A DNA stretch of 64,000 nt, from NCBI RefSeq assembly GCF_001642725.1, contig NZ_LSUQ01000008.1, positions 1-64,000 on the forward strand, in the 5' to 3' direction. Of the stretch, positions 20,276 to 31,421 are shown piece after piece (the stretch's first letter is position 1; the number at the start of each line of letters is the position of its first letter). The notes beneath the pieces are model-generated. The model was given only the letters and a program-made list of their open reading frames with translations. It did not search any database and had not been told where the DNA came from. Position numbers and translations under genes: made by a program. Origin of the DNA: Ferroacidibacillus organovorans. Its GTDB lineage: Bacteria; Bacillota; Bacilli; Alicyclobacillales; SLC66.

Positions 20276-21430
20276 TTATGATGATGCATTACCATCACTT
20301 CAACTTTACTCGCTCCTTCCCGTTAGCGTGAACTTGTGTGCGATTAGGGGTTCCTATGCTAAACTTACAAATCGAGGAGTTGACATGTCTTTGTAATGTT
20401 TAGGTTCCCAGACTCCCGCTCTAGTGCTAGGAATTGTGCATCAACATAACGGAGTACTGATCCCCGAAGACGTCCTTTCAGTTCAAACTTATCAAGGAAT
20501 TTCGCATGTCTTGCGTAACGTGTTTTAGTTTTATAAGTTCGTGTCCCTTCTCCATGCACTTCTACCCTGAAGCGAGTCAAGATTCACCGTATGCACTGCG
20601 GCTGTCTGTCCGGGAGGATCAAGACGGCGTTCCCCCTCTATCTCAACATCCCTGTCGCGGTAGATTTTGCCCTCGCAGTTCCGAGGAGGGATTCTCTCGC
20701 CCATCGATATGCTAGTCGCAACCCAATAGTTACAAAGACAAATGAGAGTTTACGTGCTGTGCTCAACAAGTTGAGCAGTATGTCAGGTGTGTTCTCATTG
20801 TTAAAATCCGAAAATAATTTTCACTCGTAATTAGACTAGTCGAACACCCCCCTAAATCGACAGTAAGTGCAATTTAGAGGTGGTAAGGTGACGATACGGT
20901 GTGTAGATATGAGGGTTGTCAATATGTTTAAGCGTTTCTATCGTGGAATAAAGCTGAGAGTCTGCCCATCAAACGAAGAAAGAAAGGAGTCAGAACACAT
21001 CTGCCACTCCCGCTCTCGGAATCTGTCTGCCAGGTCAGTCGAACGACGATTCTACATGTAGTGCGGATGGACGCAGTGCAATGTCATCCACGGGGAAGCA
21101 TGATCGTAAGCCGAGTCAAAATCAATGACGCCGAAAAACGAAGGCTTAGCTGGTCACTATGGCATGCGAAAATCTGAATATCATCGAAATCGTTTTTCGA
21201 AGATACACCGCACGGTTCTATGACACATTCTTATGACCTGCAAGGATGAACTACGAAAGGGATCTACCTGGACGAATTGCGAATGGTCACTAGAAGCCAT
21301 TCAATGGCGATATAAGCCTTCATACCGTCATTAAGAAGGCAGATTGGTTAGATATTGAGTCACACGTTTTCATTGATCTGTGGAAACGCTTTACTGAAAC
21401 GAATATTTACTCTCACGGGAGGAACCAAAC

Positions 21431-22213
21431 TTGAAACGGTTACTATGGATCGTCTCGTTTATGCTACTTGGAACCTTATTTGTACATTCTGCATATGCCA
21501 CGGCCAATTCCAATTCTCAAACAGTGTCGGCGAGTCGGGAAGCTAGCTATCTGGAAAAAGCCTTTCAAGTGACCAACGCGCATGCCACGGGATTTGTAAT
21601 ACATGATTTCAGCACAGTCAATCACAGTTACTTGCCGTCAGCAACTACCCAACGTCTAGCCATTGATGTCGCGAGCAGATTGGGACTTACGGATTTACGG
21701 GGGAAAGCGCAAATTAAAGAAGGGGAGCATCTCTTCGAATTAAGTGGAAAGTGGCCACAAATGGAGGTTTTGGTCGTTGTGAGCAGCTTGAATCATACTG
21801 CTATGGGCCATTTAGACCTGCAAAATGACACAACAGTAGTGATTCGAGCGGTATCTAATACCGACTCCCTGAAGTCGTTGCCGTTACGGATGAACTCCAT
21901 TGTAAACGCCTTGTCCGAATCGCACATTACCCCACAAATTGATGCTTACATCCATGGCACACTTCCTAGTGAGTTGACTCAAACCCAGACTGCCAAGGTG
22001 GTTGCACACGCTCTCACAAGTGTAGACGCTCACCGAGTAGAGGCCCTTCAAACCAAGGACATAACCAGTGTATCTGCATATTCTCCCGAGGACTCTTTAT
22101 ACATCGTAACCCGTCAAAACAAGATGAATTTACAGGTTGCACTCCACTATGATTCGAACCAAAGAAATACGAATGTTTATGTTGGTGTTCCGTTTATCAC
22201 TGACAATTACTGA
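21431..22213 (+). CDS. YwmB-like exported protein
   Basis: Signal peptide; C-terminal SVSAYSP...KMNLQVALHYDS...VYVGVPFITDNY typical of YwmB. Confidence 0.75.
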   Translation: MKRLLWIVSFMLLGTLFVHSAYATANSNSQTVSASREASYLEKAFQVTNAHATGFVIHDFSTVNHSYLPSATTQRLAIDVASRLGLTDLRGKAQIKEGEHLFELSGKWPQMEVLVVVSSLNHTAMGHLDLQNDTTVVIRAVSNTDSLKSLPLRMNSIVNALSESHITPQIDAYIHGTLPSELTQTQTAKVVAHALTSVDAHRVEALQTKDITSVSAYSPEDSLYIVTRQNKMNLQVALHYDSNQRNTNVYVGVPFITDNY

Positions 22214-22236
22214 GCAAAATGAGATCCAGCCGTATG

Positions 22237-22440
22237 TCAGCGGATCGCGGCCAATATCAAATACAAGCCGTTGCTCAGTTTGACCACATCGCCAACAACG
22301 GCCAATGCAATTTCCCGCATCAAAACCTCTTGCTCCTGCTCATCCTTTGCTCGAATGAAAATTGCATTTCCAGGATTTATTTGTTCAATGGAATGTGACA
22401 ATGTACCAATAAGAGCGTAAATCTGATTCGGATTACTCAT
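22237..22440 (-). CDS. Small capping-subunit-like partner of YIEGIA protein
   Basis: 67 aa, overlaps the end of the YIEGIA gene; AIFI...EIA....DVVKLSNGLYLI. Confidence 0.7.
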   Translation of the reverse strand: MSNPNQIYALIGTLSHSIEQINPGNAIFIRAKDEQEQEVLMREIALAVVGDVVKLSNGLYLILAAIR

Positions 22441-23353
22441 GCCGGTTCACCCAGTTTCGAAGCGGAGAATGCGTCTTTTTGGAAGTCTCAAGAACCGGGG
22501 TATGCCTTACAATTTGAATCATTCTTTCTTCGTCGCGAATAATTGGCACAATGGCAAAAGCGATACGCCCATCATCATAGTTTTTCCTCATGTAATGATA
22601 TCTCTTAACGCCAAGTCCTCGTGTCAACTCGAACAAGATCGCCTGCCGTTGTCCAAAGTTGTCAAGGGTCACTCTGAAGTGCTGGTGCTTCGGTTTTACA
22701 ATCACCGCCATCCCTTCCGTTGTGAGCATTTCCTGGCCCCGTTCGATGCCAACTCTATTGGATACAAACATGTCGTCAACGTACAACTCATGATTGCGAA
22801 TATGGATCTGTGCGACTGTCACGTCCGCTAAATCAGCGATAATCTGACCTTTCGTCATGCGAGACAATAGGACGAACACACAGATCCCACCAGCAATTCC
22901 TGCGATAACTCGTGATAACGGAGAGTTATGTTCCATCACTTCCATAATCACGCCGATGACGAGTGCTACACTAAGTGCGGAGTAGTTTCTGGCTTCAAAC
23001 GTTTTTGCAATCCCATCAATGTAGGCGTGTCCTCGGTGCGTATACTCGACATCTTCCAACAAGAGCAAACTCTTCTGCTCCAATTGGCGAACTGCTTGGA
23101 ACTGTCGAATGGCGAGGGCCAGAAATGTCACAGCCGTAAAGTTCCCCGTTATGACTGCTGGAACCATCACCGCTCCTAATAATGCCGCCACAAAACCTAA
23201 AACCGCCTGGTTCAGATATCCATTTGGAAACGTTGGATATTGCCGATAGTCTTCCCGGAGCGTGGCAATGCGGCTCAATGTCCCGCAGATGATCGCCGTG
23301 ATAATTTCAACGAGATGTGGAGTGGAAAGTAATTGTGAACGCACTTGACGCAT
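22433..23353 (-). CDS. YIEGIA-family membrane protein (start uncertain)
   Basis: DYRQYPTFP.G, AVTFLALA..QF..VR..E, RGHAYIDGIAKTFEARNY, PVLE. Confidence 0.88.
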   Translation of the reverse strand: MRQVRSQLLSTPHLVEIITAIICGTLSRIATLREDYRQYPTFPNGYLNQAVLGFVAALLGAVMVPAVITGNFTAVTFLALAIRQFQAVRQLEQKSLLLLEDVEYTHRGHAYIDGIAKTFEARNYSALSVALVIGVIMEVMEHNSPLSRVIAGIAGGICVFVLLSRMTKGQIIADLADVTVAQIHIRNHELYVDDMFVSNRVGIERGQEMLTTEGMAVIVKPKHQHFRVTLDNFGQRQAILFELTRGLGVKRYHYMRKNYDDGRIAFAIVPIIRDEERMIQIVRHTPVLETSKKTHSPLRNWVNRHE

Positions 23354-23524
23354 CCTTCCAGAATTCTTGTAAGACAGTATTCCCACAAATGACAACAACA
23401 TGCCAAAAACTCCACTCACCCAGCGTGAAGAGGATCAAGCTTGGAATGCCCATCCTCCGATTCCACTATTTCGCCAATGCAAGTCTGATAGCAACGTGAT
23501 AGGGTTTAGGCGATACACACAACA

Positions 23525-23624
23525 ACGCCGAATCCTGATAAAGGTACGGGGGACAACTCTTGGGGTGAATGTGCTTGCACTAGGGCAATCCCTGCCCGAA
23601 CCCGTCAACTAACCTCGGAGGCAT
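23525..23624 (+). ncRNA. c-di-AMP (ydaO/yuaA) riboswitch
   Basis: CGCCGAATCC..GGTACGGGGGAC..TTGGGGTGAAT..TAGGG..CCCGAACCCGTCAACTAACCTCGGAGGC matches the ydaO consensus; directly upstream of a cell-wall hydrolase. Confidence 0.88.
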
Positions 23625-23636
23625 AAGGGGGACACC

Positions 23637-24455
23637 ATGAGTAAACAGCGTTCTAAGCTGATGACTCGTTTGATTCTGTCCGGAGTCACAGGCCTAATGG
23701 CTTTGGGGAGTTTTGCAACGATCGCCCAGGCCGCGACCACACGTAGTACCGTTGAGGTAACTCGGGCGGCGTATCTCATTTCAGCTCCGCATTTAGATTC
23801 ACACCGAATTGCACTAGAATCGACGGGGAGTTCTCTACAAACCTTGTCGGGCAGCACGCAAGCTTGGTGGCACGTGAAAGATAGCAAGGGCCGAACTGGG
23901 TACATCACAAGGAATACCCGCTGGACAACCAGTTTGAGTGAAGGAACATCCGCCACAACAACAAGTGGACAAGCATCTGCATCAACTGCGGGATCCGCGA
24001 CCACTTCCAGCCAGCTACCCCCTGACGTCCAGTATGATCCTAGTGTTCACCCGCTTGCATCACTGTATGCAAGCTATCAGACTAAAGTCGATGCAGTACT
24101 GCAAGTTGCCAAAAGCAAATTGGGTACACCATACATTTGGGGTCACAACGAAGATAGGGGACAATACGGATTTGATTGCTCCAACTACACTGCGTACGTG
24201 TATCACCACGCGTTAGGATATAAAATGAGCGGTGCATCTCAAGTGCAGTACCATAGCGTCGGCAAACCGGTTCCTATCAAGGACATGCGTCCGGGCGACC
24301 TGGTGATCATGGATAAAGGCGGTCACGTAGGAATTTATGTGGGCAATGGGCAAATGATTCAGGAAGGCGGCGGACTGAAAAAGGTTGGGTACCTGCCGTT
24401 ACATCCTGGCTCCTACTGGTACAAGCACATTACTATTGTGAAGCGTATGTTCTGA
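23637..24455 (+). CDS. Secreted SH3-like + NlpC/P60 peptidoglycan endopeptidase
   Basis: Signal peptide; WWHVKDSKGRTGYIT; LGTPYIWG..GFDCS; PGDLV; GHVGIYVGNG. Confidence 0.9.
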   Translation: MSKQRSKLMTRLILSGVTGLMALGSFATIAQAATTRSTVEVTRAAYLISAPHLDSHRIALESTGSSLQTLSGSTQAWWHVKDSKGRTGYITRNTRWTTSLSEGTSATTTSGQASASTAGSATTSSQLPPDVQYDPSVHPLASLYASYQTKVDAVLQVAKSKLGTPYIWGHNEDRGQYGFDCSNYTAYVYHHALGYKMSGASQVQYHSVGKPVPIKDMRPGDLVIMDKGGHVGIYVGNGQMIQEGGGLKKVGYLPLHPGSYWYKHITIVKRMF

Positions 24456-24503
24456 CACAGGGTGGCCCGTTGGCCACTCTGTCTTAGCTATGCCGACCAG
24501 GAG

Positions 24504-25130
24504 CTACGCTTTCCAGATGAGCCCATGCGACCTGTCAAGACACGATTTATCTATGTTTTTTGTGGATGAGATGCCACTCCAACTGGTTTTTATCCAATCG
24601 TCAAATGATATAGTCATTCGAACCCGCTCTTCTCCGTTGATGTGATGCGGACACGGGGCACCATCCTTTTCCAACCCCAGCTTCTGTGCACATCGAATCA
24701 TTCGGTGATTGGCCGATTTGGTGGTCAAACATATCGTCATCGGTGACAATTGGCGGAATATAAAGTTTATCCAGAGTGCAAGGGCATTCGTCCCATACCC
24801 TTTGTTCCACATTTCGGGTTCAAAAATTGCGATGCCCACTTCGATGGTCTGAGTCAACCTGGATTCCCAATCATACAGTACCATCCCGGTGATCGTCTCA
24901 CCGATCTCGATTAACAACCAACGTTCAAAGCTCTGGCTATCCAAATGCGATTGCATACGCTCCATATACCCATCAAAAGTGATTTCCCCAATCGGATCCT
25001 TTGCTCCATCTAAGTCACGCCAAGTAGCGTATTCATCCGCAAAGAACCTTTGAAAAAGAACGGACAGGTCTCTCTGTTCAATACTTCGCAGCACAATTTC
25101 CGCCACAGTCATTCTCACATTATGTAACAT
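24504..25130 (-). CDS. GNAT (RimJ/RimL-like) N-acetyltransferase
   Basis: EVGIAIFEPEMWNKGYGT; NHRMIRCAQKLG. Confidence 0.8.
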   Translation of the reverse strand: MLHNVRMTVAEIVLRSIEQRDLSVLFQRFFADEYATWRDLDGAKDPIGEITFDGYMERMQSHLDSQSFERWLLIEIGETITGMVLYDWESRLTQTIEVGIAIFEPEMWNKGYGTNALALWINFIFRQLSPMTICLTTKSANHRMIRCAQKLGLEKDGAPCPHHINGEERVRMTISFDDWIKTSWSGISSTKNIDKSCLDRSHGLIWKA

Positions 25131-25219
25131 GTCCCGCCACCCTCTTTTAGGTTTTGGTTGCATGGTAGAATTGAAACGCTTATGCTGAAGCCATAGAACA
25201 GCAAAAGGAAGTGGGAATT

Positions 25220-25801
25220 ATGAAAAAATTACTATTGCCACTTCTAGCCACGGCATTGTTCCTCGCTGGATGTGGGACTGCTGTATCAGCGGCAACAAAC
25301 ACTGCCGCAAACCAAACTACAAATGTCTCTACCAGTCAACCCATTTCCAAAAGTCCCTTGGTTGGAAAAATGGCACCAAAATTCTCGTTACAAACGTTGA
25401 ATGAGAAATCCACTGTTAGCCTTCAGCAACTTTTAGCCAAGAAGAAGATTTTATTGATCAACGCTTGGGCTTCTTGGTGCTATCCATGTCAGCAGGAAAC
25501 GCCTGATTTGATCGCAATGTCCAAAAAATATGCTGGTCAAGTCCAATTTGTTGGCGTCAACATGACAAGTGATGACTCCGTTTCGGCTGCAACGACTTTC
25601 GTTCAGAAATATGGCATATCGTACCCCGTGCTCCTTGACTTAAAAGGAACATTCGCACATAACTATCAAATTATCGGGTATCCAACGACATTTGTCCTCG
25701 ATCCGAACGGAACGCTTGTAAATATTCATCTAGGGCTACTCACAAAAGATCAAATCGAGCAGCTTATCACCCAGGCCAAGAACGGGATCGCGGTACACTA
25801 A
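25220..25801 (+). CDS. TlpA/ResA-like thiol-disulfide oxidoreductase lipoprotein
   Basis: Lipobox LAGC; NAWASWCYPC; GYPTTF. Confidence 0.9.
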   Translation: MKKLLLPLLATALFLAGCGTAVSAATNTAANQTTNVSTSQPISKSPLVGKMAPKFSLQTLNEKSTVSLQQLLAKKKILLINAWASWCYPCQQETPDLIAMSKKYAGQVQFVGVNMTSDDSVSAATTFVQKYGISYPVLLDLKGTFAHNYQIIGYPTTFVLDPNGTLVNIHLGLLTKDQIEQLITQAKNGIAVH

Positions 25802-25845
25802 AACGGAGGGAAGGTTGCCCCTCCCGCCAATTTTACATCCATAGT

Positions 25846-26052
25846 TCAGTTTGTATCGTAGCCAGCGTCTTCGACGGCTTCCTTTAGAGATGCCACACTG
25901 GTCTTACCCTCGTCGAAGGTCACGGTTGCCTTTGCCCCGTCGAGATCAACCTTTGCTTCTTGTACGCCTTCCACTCCAGTGAGTGCTTTCGTCACCGAAC
26001 TCACGCATCCGCCGCAGGTCATACCTTTTACTGTAATCGTTGCCGTTGCCAT
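25846..26052 (-). CDS. copZ: Copper chaperone
   Basis: GMTCGGC HMA domain, downstream of copA. Confidence 0.92.
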   Translation of the reverse strand: MATATITVKGMTCGGCVSSVTKALTGVEGVQEAKVDLDGAKATVTFDEGKTSVASLKEAVEDAGYDTN

Positions 26053-26125
26053 ATCTTTCATCTCCCTTTGTATGATGGTCGTTTTGAAATCCCGGCTTAT
26101 CTTGTATTACGCCAATGATTCCTGG

Positions 26126-28504
26126 CTACACCCCCCTCCCCAGGCGCAGGCGACGAAGTAACAAGCTGTTTGAAATGACACTTACGGAACTCAGCGCCAT
26201 CGCCGCCCCAGCAATGACAGGACTCAATACCCCAGCGGCGGCAAGCGGGATGCCAAGCACGTTATAGAAGAACGCCCAGAACAGATTCTGACGAATCTTC
26301 TTCATTGTTGCTTTGGATAGATGAATGGCATCGACCACACCATGTGTTCGTGCATTCATCAGCGCAATGTCGGCAGCTTCAATCGCCACATCGGCACCTG
26401 TCCCCATCGCGATACCAACATCAGCCGCTGCCAAAGCTGGAGCGTCGTTGATGCCGTCCCCAACCATGGCGACAATCCGACCATCCTTGCGTAGAGACTC
26501 CACTTTTGATGCTTTGTCGGCCGGTAGTACCCCGGCGATCACGTTGGTGATCCCTACCTGTGCAGCGACAGCCTTCGCTGTTCGTTCGTTGTCGCCGGTA
26601 ATCATCCATACTTCGATGCCCATGTTCTGCAATTCACGAACAGTACTATTTGCATCCTCTTTGAGGATGTCGGCAATCGCCACGACGCCCATTACCCGAT
26701 TTGCATCGGCAACCATGACGGCTGTCTTACCGGCTTCTTCAAATACGGACAAGACATCGTCTGGAATGCGTTCAACACCCTGCTCAGTCAGCCAACGGCG
26801 ATTCCCAATTCGAATCTTTTGACCGTCAACCCGACCTTCAATCCCCTTTCCTGGTATCGCTTCGACATGCGAAACTGTTTGCGCGCCAATCCCTTTTTCT
26901 TCCGCGTACTGTACGACGGCCGCACCGAGCGGGTGCTCGCTTTGCGATTCGAGGGCCGCAGCCAACCGAAGCAATTCTGTTTCAGAAACCCCTTCACCCG
27001 TCCAGAGATCCGTCACCGTCGGCTTCCCTGATGTGATGGTGCCGGTTTTATCAAAGATTACGGTGTTGATTTTATGAGCCAATTCGAGATGCTCACCGCC
27101 TTTGATGAGAATCCCGGATTCAGCACCAAGGCCTGTGCCAACCATGATCGCAGTCGGTGTGGCCAATCCCAGGGAACACGGACAAGCGATGACCAGCACC
27201 GCGACGGCCGCAAACAGCCCATGCGACCATCCACCAAATATCCCCCAAAGCAGCAGCGTGAGCAGTGCAATCGCAAGCACGATCGGTACAAAAATGCCAG
27301 AAATCTTATCTGCGAGTCTCTGCACAGGTGCCTTCGAACCCTGCGCTTGGTCAACCAAACGAATGACTTGCGCCAGTGCGGTGTCTGCTCCGACCTTTGT
27401 CACTTCCATGGTAAAGGCTCGTGTTTGGTTGACCGAAGCCCCGACCACCGGTTCCCCCACCTGCTTCTCCACAGGCAAGGGCTCTCCAGTGAGAAAAGAT
27501 TCATCCACTGAGGTATTGCCCTCGGTAATCACCCCGTCGGTCGGGACCTTCTCACCAGGGCGAACCTTCACGATGTCCCCGACTCGCAGTTGTTCCACTG
27601 GTACATCACTTTCCTGACCGTCATGCAACACATGGGCGACTTTAGCGCCGAGCTTCGCCAAGGCCTCCAAGGCCGAGCTGGATTTTGCCTTGGCCCTGGC
27701 CTCCAGCAGTTTACCCATGAAAATCAACGTAATGACCGTCGCTGAGGAGTCAAAGTAAATGTTCGAACTCCCCATGAATGTAAGCACCACACTATAAACG
27801 TAAGCCACGGATGTGCCAAGCGCGACCAACACGTCCATGTTGGCCGCCCCGCCCCGAAGGGAATGATATGCTCCCTTATAAAACCGCCACCCAACGTAAA
27901 ACTGGACAGGTGTGGCAAGGACAAGGCTGAACCAATTGGGCATAAAGGCCATCTTGCCGGTAAGCATGTACAGCATCTGTGCCACGAGTGGCAAGGTCAA
28001 CACAACGGAGAACCAGAACTTCGCCAGTTCTCGTTTGTATACGCGCTGTTTCCGGAGTTTCTCCTCTTCTGCCACTTGTTTTGATGCCAAAGTCGCACCA
28101 TACCCGGCCTTTTCAACTGCCTTAATGATGTCCGCTTCTTGAATCACGCCAGATACATAGGATATATGCGCTTTCTCTGAAGCCAAGTTCACATTGACTG
28201 TTTTGACTGCATCTACCCTGCCGACCACTTTTTCAATACGAGCGGCACATGCAGCACAGGTCATGCCTGTGATGTTCAGGTCGACCTCCCGAATCGGAAC
28301 ACCATAGCCAGTCTTTTCAATCTTCTCTACCACGTCGCGCCACGTCGTTTCACCGTCCAGAACCACCCGTGCTCGCTCAGAAGCGAGATTGACATTGATT
28401 TCTTTTACCCCAGGCATCTTGGAAACGTTTTTTTCGATACGTGCTGCACACGCGGCACACGTCATCCCTTCAATCGGCAACGTGACTTCTGCTACTTCTG
28501 GCAT
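26126..28504 (-). CDS. copA: Cu(I)-exporting P1B-1 ATPase
   Basis: Two GMTCAAC HMA domains, TGE, CPC, DKTGT, SEHPL, GDGIND, YN and MALSS. Confidence 0.96.
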   Translation of the reverse strand: MPEVAEVTLPIEGMTCAACAARIEKNVSKMPGVKEINVNLASERARVVLDGETTWRDVVEKIEKTGYGVPIREVDLNITGMTCAACAARIEKVVGRVDAVKTVNVNLASEKAHISYVSGVIQEADIIKAVEKAGYGATLASKQVAEEEKLRKQRVYKRELAKFWFSVVLTLPLVAQMLYMLTGKMAFMPNWFSLVLATPVQFYVGWRFYKGAYHSLRGGAANMDVLVALGTSVAYVYSVVLTFMGSSNIYFDSSATVITLIFMGKLLEARAKAKSSSALEALAKLGAKVAHVLHDGQESDVPVEQLRVGDIVKVRPGEKVPTDGVITEGNTSVDESFLTGEPLPVEKQVGEPVVGASVNQTRAFTMEVTKVGADTALAQVIRLVDQAQGSKAPVQRLADKISGIFVPIVLAIALLTLLLWGIFGGWSHGLFAAVAVLVIACPCSLGLATPTAIMVGTGLGAESGILIKGGEHLELAHKINTVIFDKTGTITSGKPTVTDLWTGEGVSETELLRLAAALESQSEHPLGAAVVQYAEEKGIGAQTVSHVEAIPGKGIEGRVDGQKIRIGNRRWLTEQGVERIPDDVLSVFEEAGKTAVMVADANRVMGVVAIADILKEDANSTVRELQNMGIEVWMITGDNERTAKAVAAQVGITNVIAGVLPADKASKVESLRKDGRIVAMVGDGINDAPALAAADVGIAMGTGADVAIEAADIALMNARTHGVVDAIHLSKATMKKIRQNLFWAFFYNVLGIPLAAAGVLSPVIAGAAMALSSVSVISNSLLLRRLRLGRGV

Positions 28505-28528
28505 TCAGCTCACCCCCTAGTTTTTCTG

Positions 28529-28819
28529 TCATGCTTTTGTGAATTGCCGAATGATTTCCATCAATTCGTCGATTTTCTCGGTACTGTCAGCATTTGCTGC
28601 CAGTGCATCTTTGACGCATCCTCGCGTATGCGATTCAAGAATTGACAAGGCAACTTGGTGAGTGGCGCTCTTTATCGCGGCCAACTGAACGAGGATGTCC
28701 ACGCAGTATCGATCCTCTTCAACCATCTTATGAACGCCTCGAACCTGACCCTCGATACGTTTTAATCGGCCCAAGAGTTTTGCACTTTGTGAAGCATATC
28801 CGTGCGTTGACTGTTCCAT
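28529..28819 (-). CDS. csoR: Copper-sensing repressor
   Basis: RLKRIEGQVRG, DRYCVDIL, H..GC; head of the csoR-copA-copZ operon. Confidence 0.93.
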   Translation of the reverse strand: MEQSTHGYASQSAKLLGRLKRIEGQVRGVHKMVEEDRYCVDILVQLAAIKSATHQVALSILESHTRGCVKDALAANADSTEKIDELMEIIRQFTKA

Positions 28820-28849
28820 AAAATCATCCCCTCAGCTTCATTTATACAA

Positions 28850-28864
28850 TACCCCTGTAGGGTA
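28850..28864. promoter_or_regulatory. CsoR operator
   Basis: TACCCCTGTAGGGTA (TAC-C-tract...G-tract-GTA) between csoR and the divergent oxidase gene. Confidence 0.8.
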
Positions 28865-28978
28865 CGCAAGTCAACATGTCGCATGTGAGACCATTAACCG
28901 GACTCATGATTGCTGATTTGGGCGGCCAAACACTTTCGGCTGTGCATATTCTGCCCTTGACGAGAGGGGGCATTTGCC

Positions 28979-29980
28979 ATGCACAGTAGAAGAGTGGGTA
29001 CAACCAAGTTGGTGGCCCCGGATATCGGATTTCTTCCGTGTCAAATGGTTCAAGGGTTCAAGCATTTTCATCTGATTGCGGAACCCGTTCAACAAACCTT
29101 GACGAACGGTGTGACCATCAACGCGTGGGGATATAACGGGTCTACACCCGGTCCTGTCATGGTTGTTTCTCAAGGAGACCGAATCCAAGTTGCTTTTACC
29201 AATCGTTTACCAGAAGAGACATCCATTCACTGGCACGGCCTCATCGTACCGAACACTGTGGATGGCGTTCCGGGAATCGAAGCTGGTCCTGTCGTAAAAC
29301 CAGGTGAGACGTACGTATATGACTTTGTTATCCGTCAAGCTGGAACTTTTATGTACCATGCACATACAATGGACGCTCAGCAAGAAATGATGGGTCTCGC
29401 TGGGATGATTGTGTCTTTGCCGGAACGGCAAATGGTAAACCGGGAGTACATCATCCTCTTGCAGGAATGGGCGGTGAAAACAGGAGCGGACATGGGTATG
29501 AGTGGAATGGGAATGGGGAAAACATCCATGACGACGAAGAGCGACATGCAGTCAACAATGGAGAAAGCCACCGAGCAACTGCCTAGCGGAAAAGCCCTTG
29601 ACATCGACCCGATGAGTATGGACTACAATTACTTCACCATGAATGGTAAATCATTTCCTGACACCACGCCCCTTCGTGTGCGATACGGTGAAAAGGTTCG
29701 AATTCGCTTAGGAAACCTGAGTATGGACTCACATCCCATGCACTTGCATGGACATGAGTTTCAGGTTATCGCTGGAGACGGATCGACGCTCCCGATTCCA
29801 TGGTTCAAAAATACGATCAATGTCGCCCCCGGTGAGACATGGGATATCGAGTTCCAGGCCAATAATCCCGGCATATGGGCGTTTCATTGTCACAAGCCAC
29901 ATCACACAACGAACGATCACAAGACAGACGTGGGTGGTATGTTTACGACGTTGAATTATAGCCGGCGAAGTACATTATGA
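28979..29980 (+). CDS. Two-domain multicopper oxidase without signal peptide
   Basis: IHWHG, MYHAH, HPMHLHGH, HCHKPHH...GGM; Met-rich linker. Confidence 0.9.
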   Translation: MHSRRVGTTKLVAPDIGFLPCQMVQGFKHFHLIAEPVQQTLTNGVTINAWGYNGSTPGPVMVVSQGDRIQVAFTNRLPEETSIHWHGLIVPNTVDGVPGIEAGPVVKPGETYVYDFVIRQAGTFMYHAHTMDAQQEMMGLAGMIVSLPERQMVNREYIILLQEWAVKTGADMGMSGMGMGKTSMTTKSDMQSTMEKATEQLPSGKALDIDPMSMDYNYFTMNGKSFPDTTPLRVRYGEKVRIRLGNLSMDSHPMHLHGHEFQVIAGDGSTLPIPWFKNTINVAPGETWDIEFQANNPGIWAFHCHKPHHTTNDHKTDVGGMFTTLNYSRRSTL

Positions 29981-29998
29981 CCGAGATCAAGAGCCTGG

Positions 29999-30409
29999 TC
30001 ATCGAAATTGAGCGCGCCGAACCACCGTGAGATACAGCATCACTTCAATCGCGACAAGAACGCACTGAATGACCCAAATCACGGTAGAATCAATCATCCC
30101 AATGAGCATTACGCTCATAGAAACACTCATCAGGGTTGCTATGCAGGATTCAGTCATATCAAGTACGCTAAACGGCTTCATCATCAAAACCATAGGCAAA
30201 CAAACTGTAGCAACCGGAATAATGATGGCGAGGCTTTTGCTGCCTGTGGTCAATTCGATAAGCATAGCAAAAATGAACGCCAAAGACATGCTGTTCAGCA
30301 TGCAAATCCGCATTTGTAACGATTTGTTGACATGGTGCATTTTTGCCACGATTTTGTAACAGGCAAAAAAACCAATGATTGATCCAAAGAAGCTCGTAAC
30401 CAACAACAA
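29999..30409 (-). CDS. Hypothetical Met/Cys-rich membrane protein
   Basis: Several TM segments; CsoR-like box directly upstream. Confidence 0.65.
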   Translation of the reverse strand: MLLVTSFFGSIIGFFACYKIVAKMHHVNKSLQMRICMLNSMSLAFIFAMLIELTTGSKSLAIIIPVATVCLPMVLMMKPFSVLDMTESCIATLMSVSMSVMLIGMIDSTVIWVIQCVLVAIEVMLYLTVVRRAQFR

Positions 30410-30439
30410 AATTCATCACTCCAGCAAGTGTTTGTACAA

Positions 30440-30454
30440 TACCCTATATAGGTA
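30440..30454. promoter_or_regulatory. CsoR-like operator
   Basis: TACCCTATATAGGTA, preceded by TACAA as in the 28850 site. Confidence 0.7.
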
Positions 30455-30587
30455 TATATGCACACACTGCGTCAGGCTTGCCTATATATTTGAGAAGAAA
30501 CGTCGACCTGTAATGGACTGCTCTTCACTTTGGTGAACGATTATCATCTATCGTATACCCCACCAGTTCTCCTTTACATGTAGCCAC

Positions 30588-31304
30588 TCATTCATGGGCA
30601 TGTCCAGAATGATGTGCTTCCTGGTGATTACGCTCTAGATGAGAACCTCCATGGCCCATCATGTGTGAACTGCCCATACCATGCTTCATTCCCCTTGCGA
30701 CCATCCACCAGTTGATTGGATAGGTCACAATGGAACCAACCAAAATGCTAATAGACATGACCAACCAGAATGTCGGTGACCACGGGGACATCACAGACCA
30801 CCCGCGCATTAGGAAATACATCGTCGGGAACATGCCCACCACCATGAACGTCAGCGATAAAAGTTCAGCCCAGAAGCCCGTACGAACAGCGGCTCGAAAG
30901 GTAATCTGGTTCATGTGCATAATCGGGATGGTTTGAAACAAAAGCCAACCAACCAAAAAACCCACAATGTATTCTACCCCCATGTCGACATACATGGGGG
31001 TGCCAAGTGATGAGGTGACAGCGGCAGCCGCCACAATGCCTAAGGCATCTCCTGCGACACAGTGAATCACAGAACCTGTCGCCTGTTTCCACATGGGCGC
31101 AACAAACTTGTCATGTGTACCTGGTTCTGGCTCTCGACAACTCGTGATGTAGATTAAAAGCCCAAGAACGCCAAGGTAAAGTGTGATCAGTACCCATGCC
31201 ACTTTCATCATGTTCATAATCTCAGGTTGATGACGCAGATCATATATGAGCCAAATCACACTGACGATTGAGAGAACGCCCCACAAAGTAGCAACTATAT
31301 TCAC
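30588..31304 (-). CDS. DUF4396-like membrane protein
   Basis: HCVAGDALG, FWAE.LS, YPINWWMV..GMKHGM; His-rich tail. Confidence 0.8.
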   Translation of the reverse strand: MNIVATLWGVLSIVSVIWLIYDLRHQPEIMNMMKVAWVLITLYLGVLGLLIYITSCREPEPGTHDKFVAPMWKQATGSVIHCVAGDALGIVAAAAVTSSLGTPMYVDMGVEYIVGFLVGWLLFQTIPIMHMNQITFRAAVRTGFWAELLSLTFMVVGMFPTMYFLMRGWSVMSPWSPTFWLVMSISILVGSIVTYPINWWMVARGMKHGMGSSHMMGHGGSHLERNHQEAHHSGHAHE

Positions 31305-31421
31305 TCTTTCACCTCTCTCGCTGAACTGTACGACTGTTATTATCGGCAATCATTCCTACTTTAACACCTTATCGGCGAAAAGGTGGCAAGCGAATCGCCC
31401 GCCACCTGAGTTGTGCGCCGA

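Noticed and set aside
21055..21125. ZTP-riboswitch-like CCACGGGGAAGC...GCCGA segment
   Set aside because: Lacks the GACUG and CGCCUGGGC elements, and no purine or folate gene follows.
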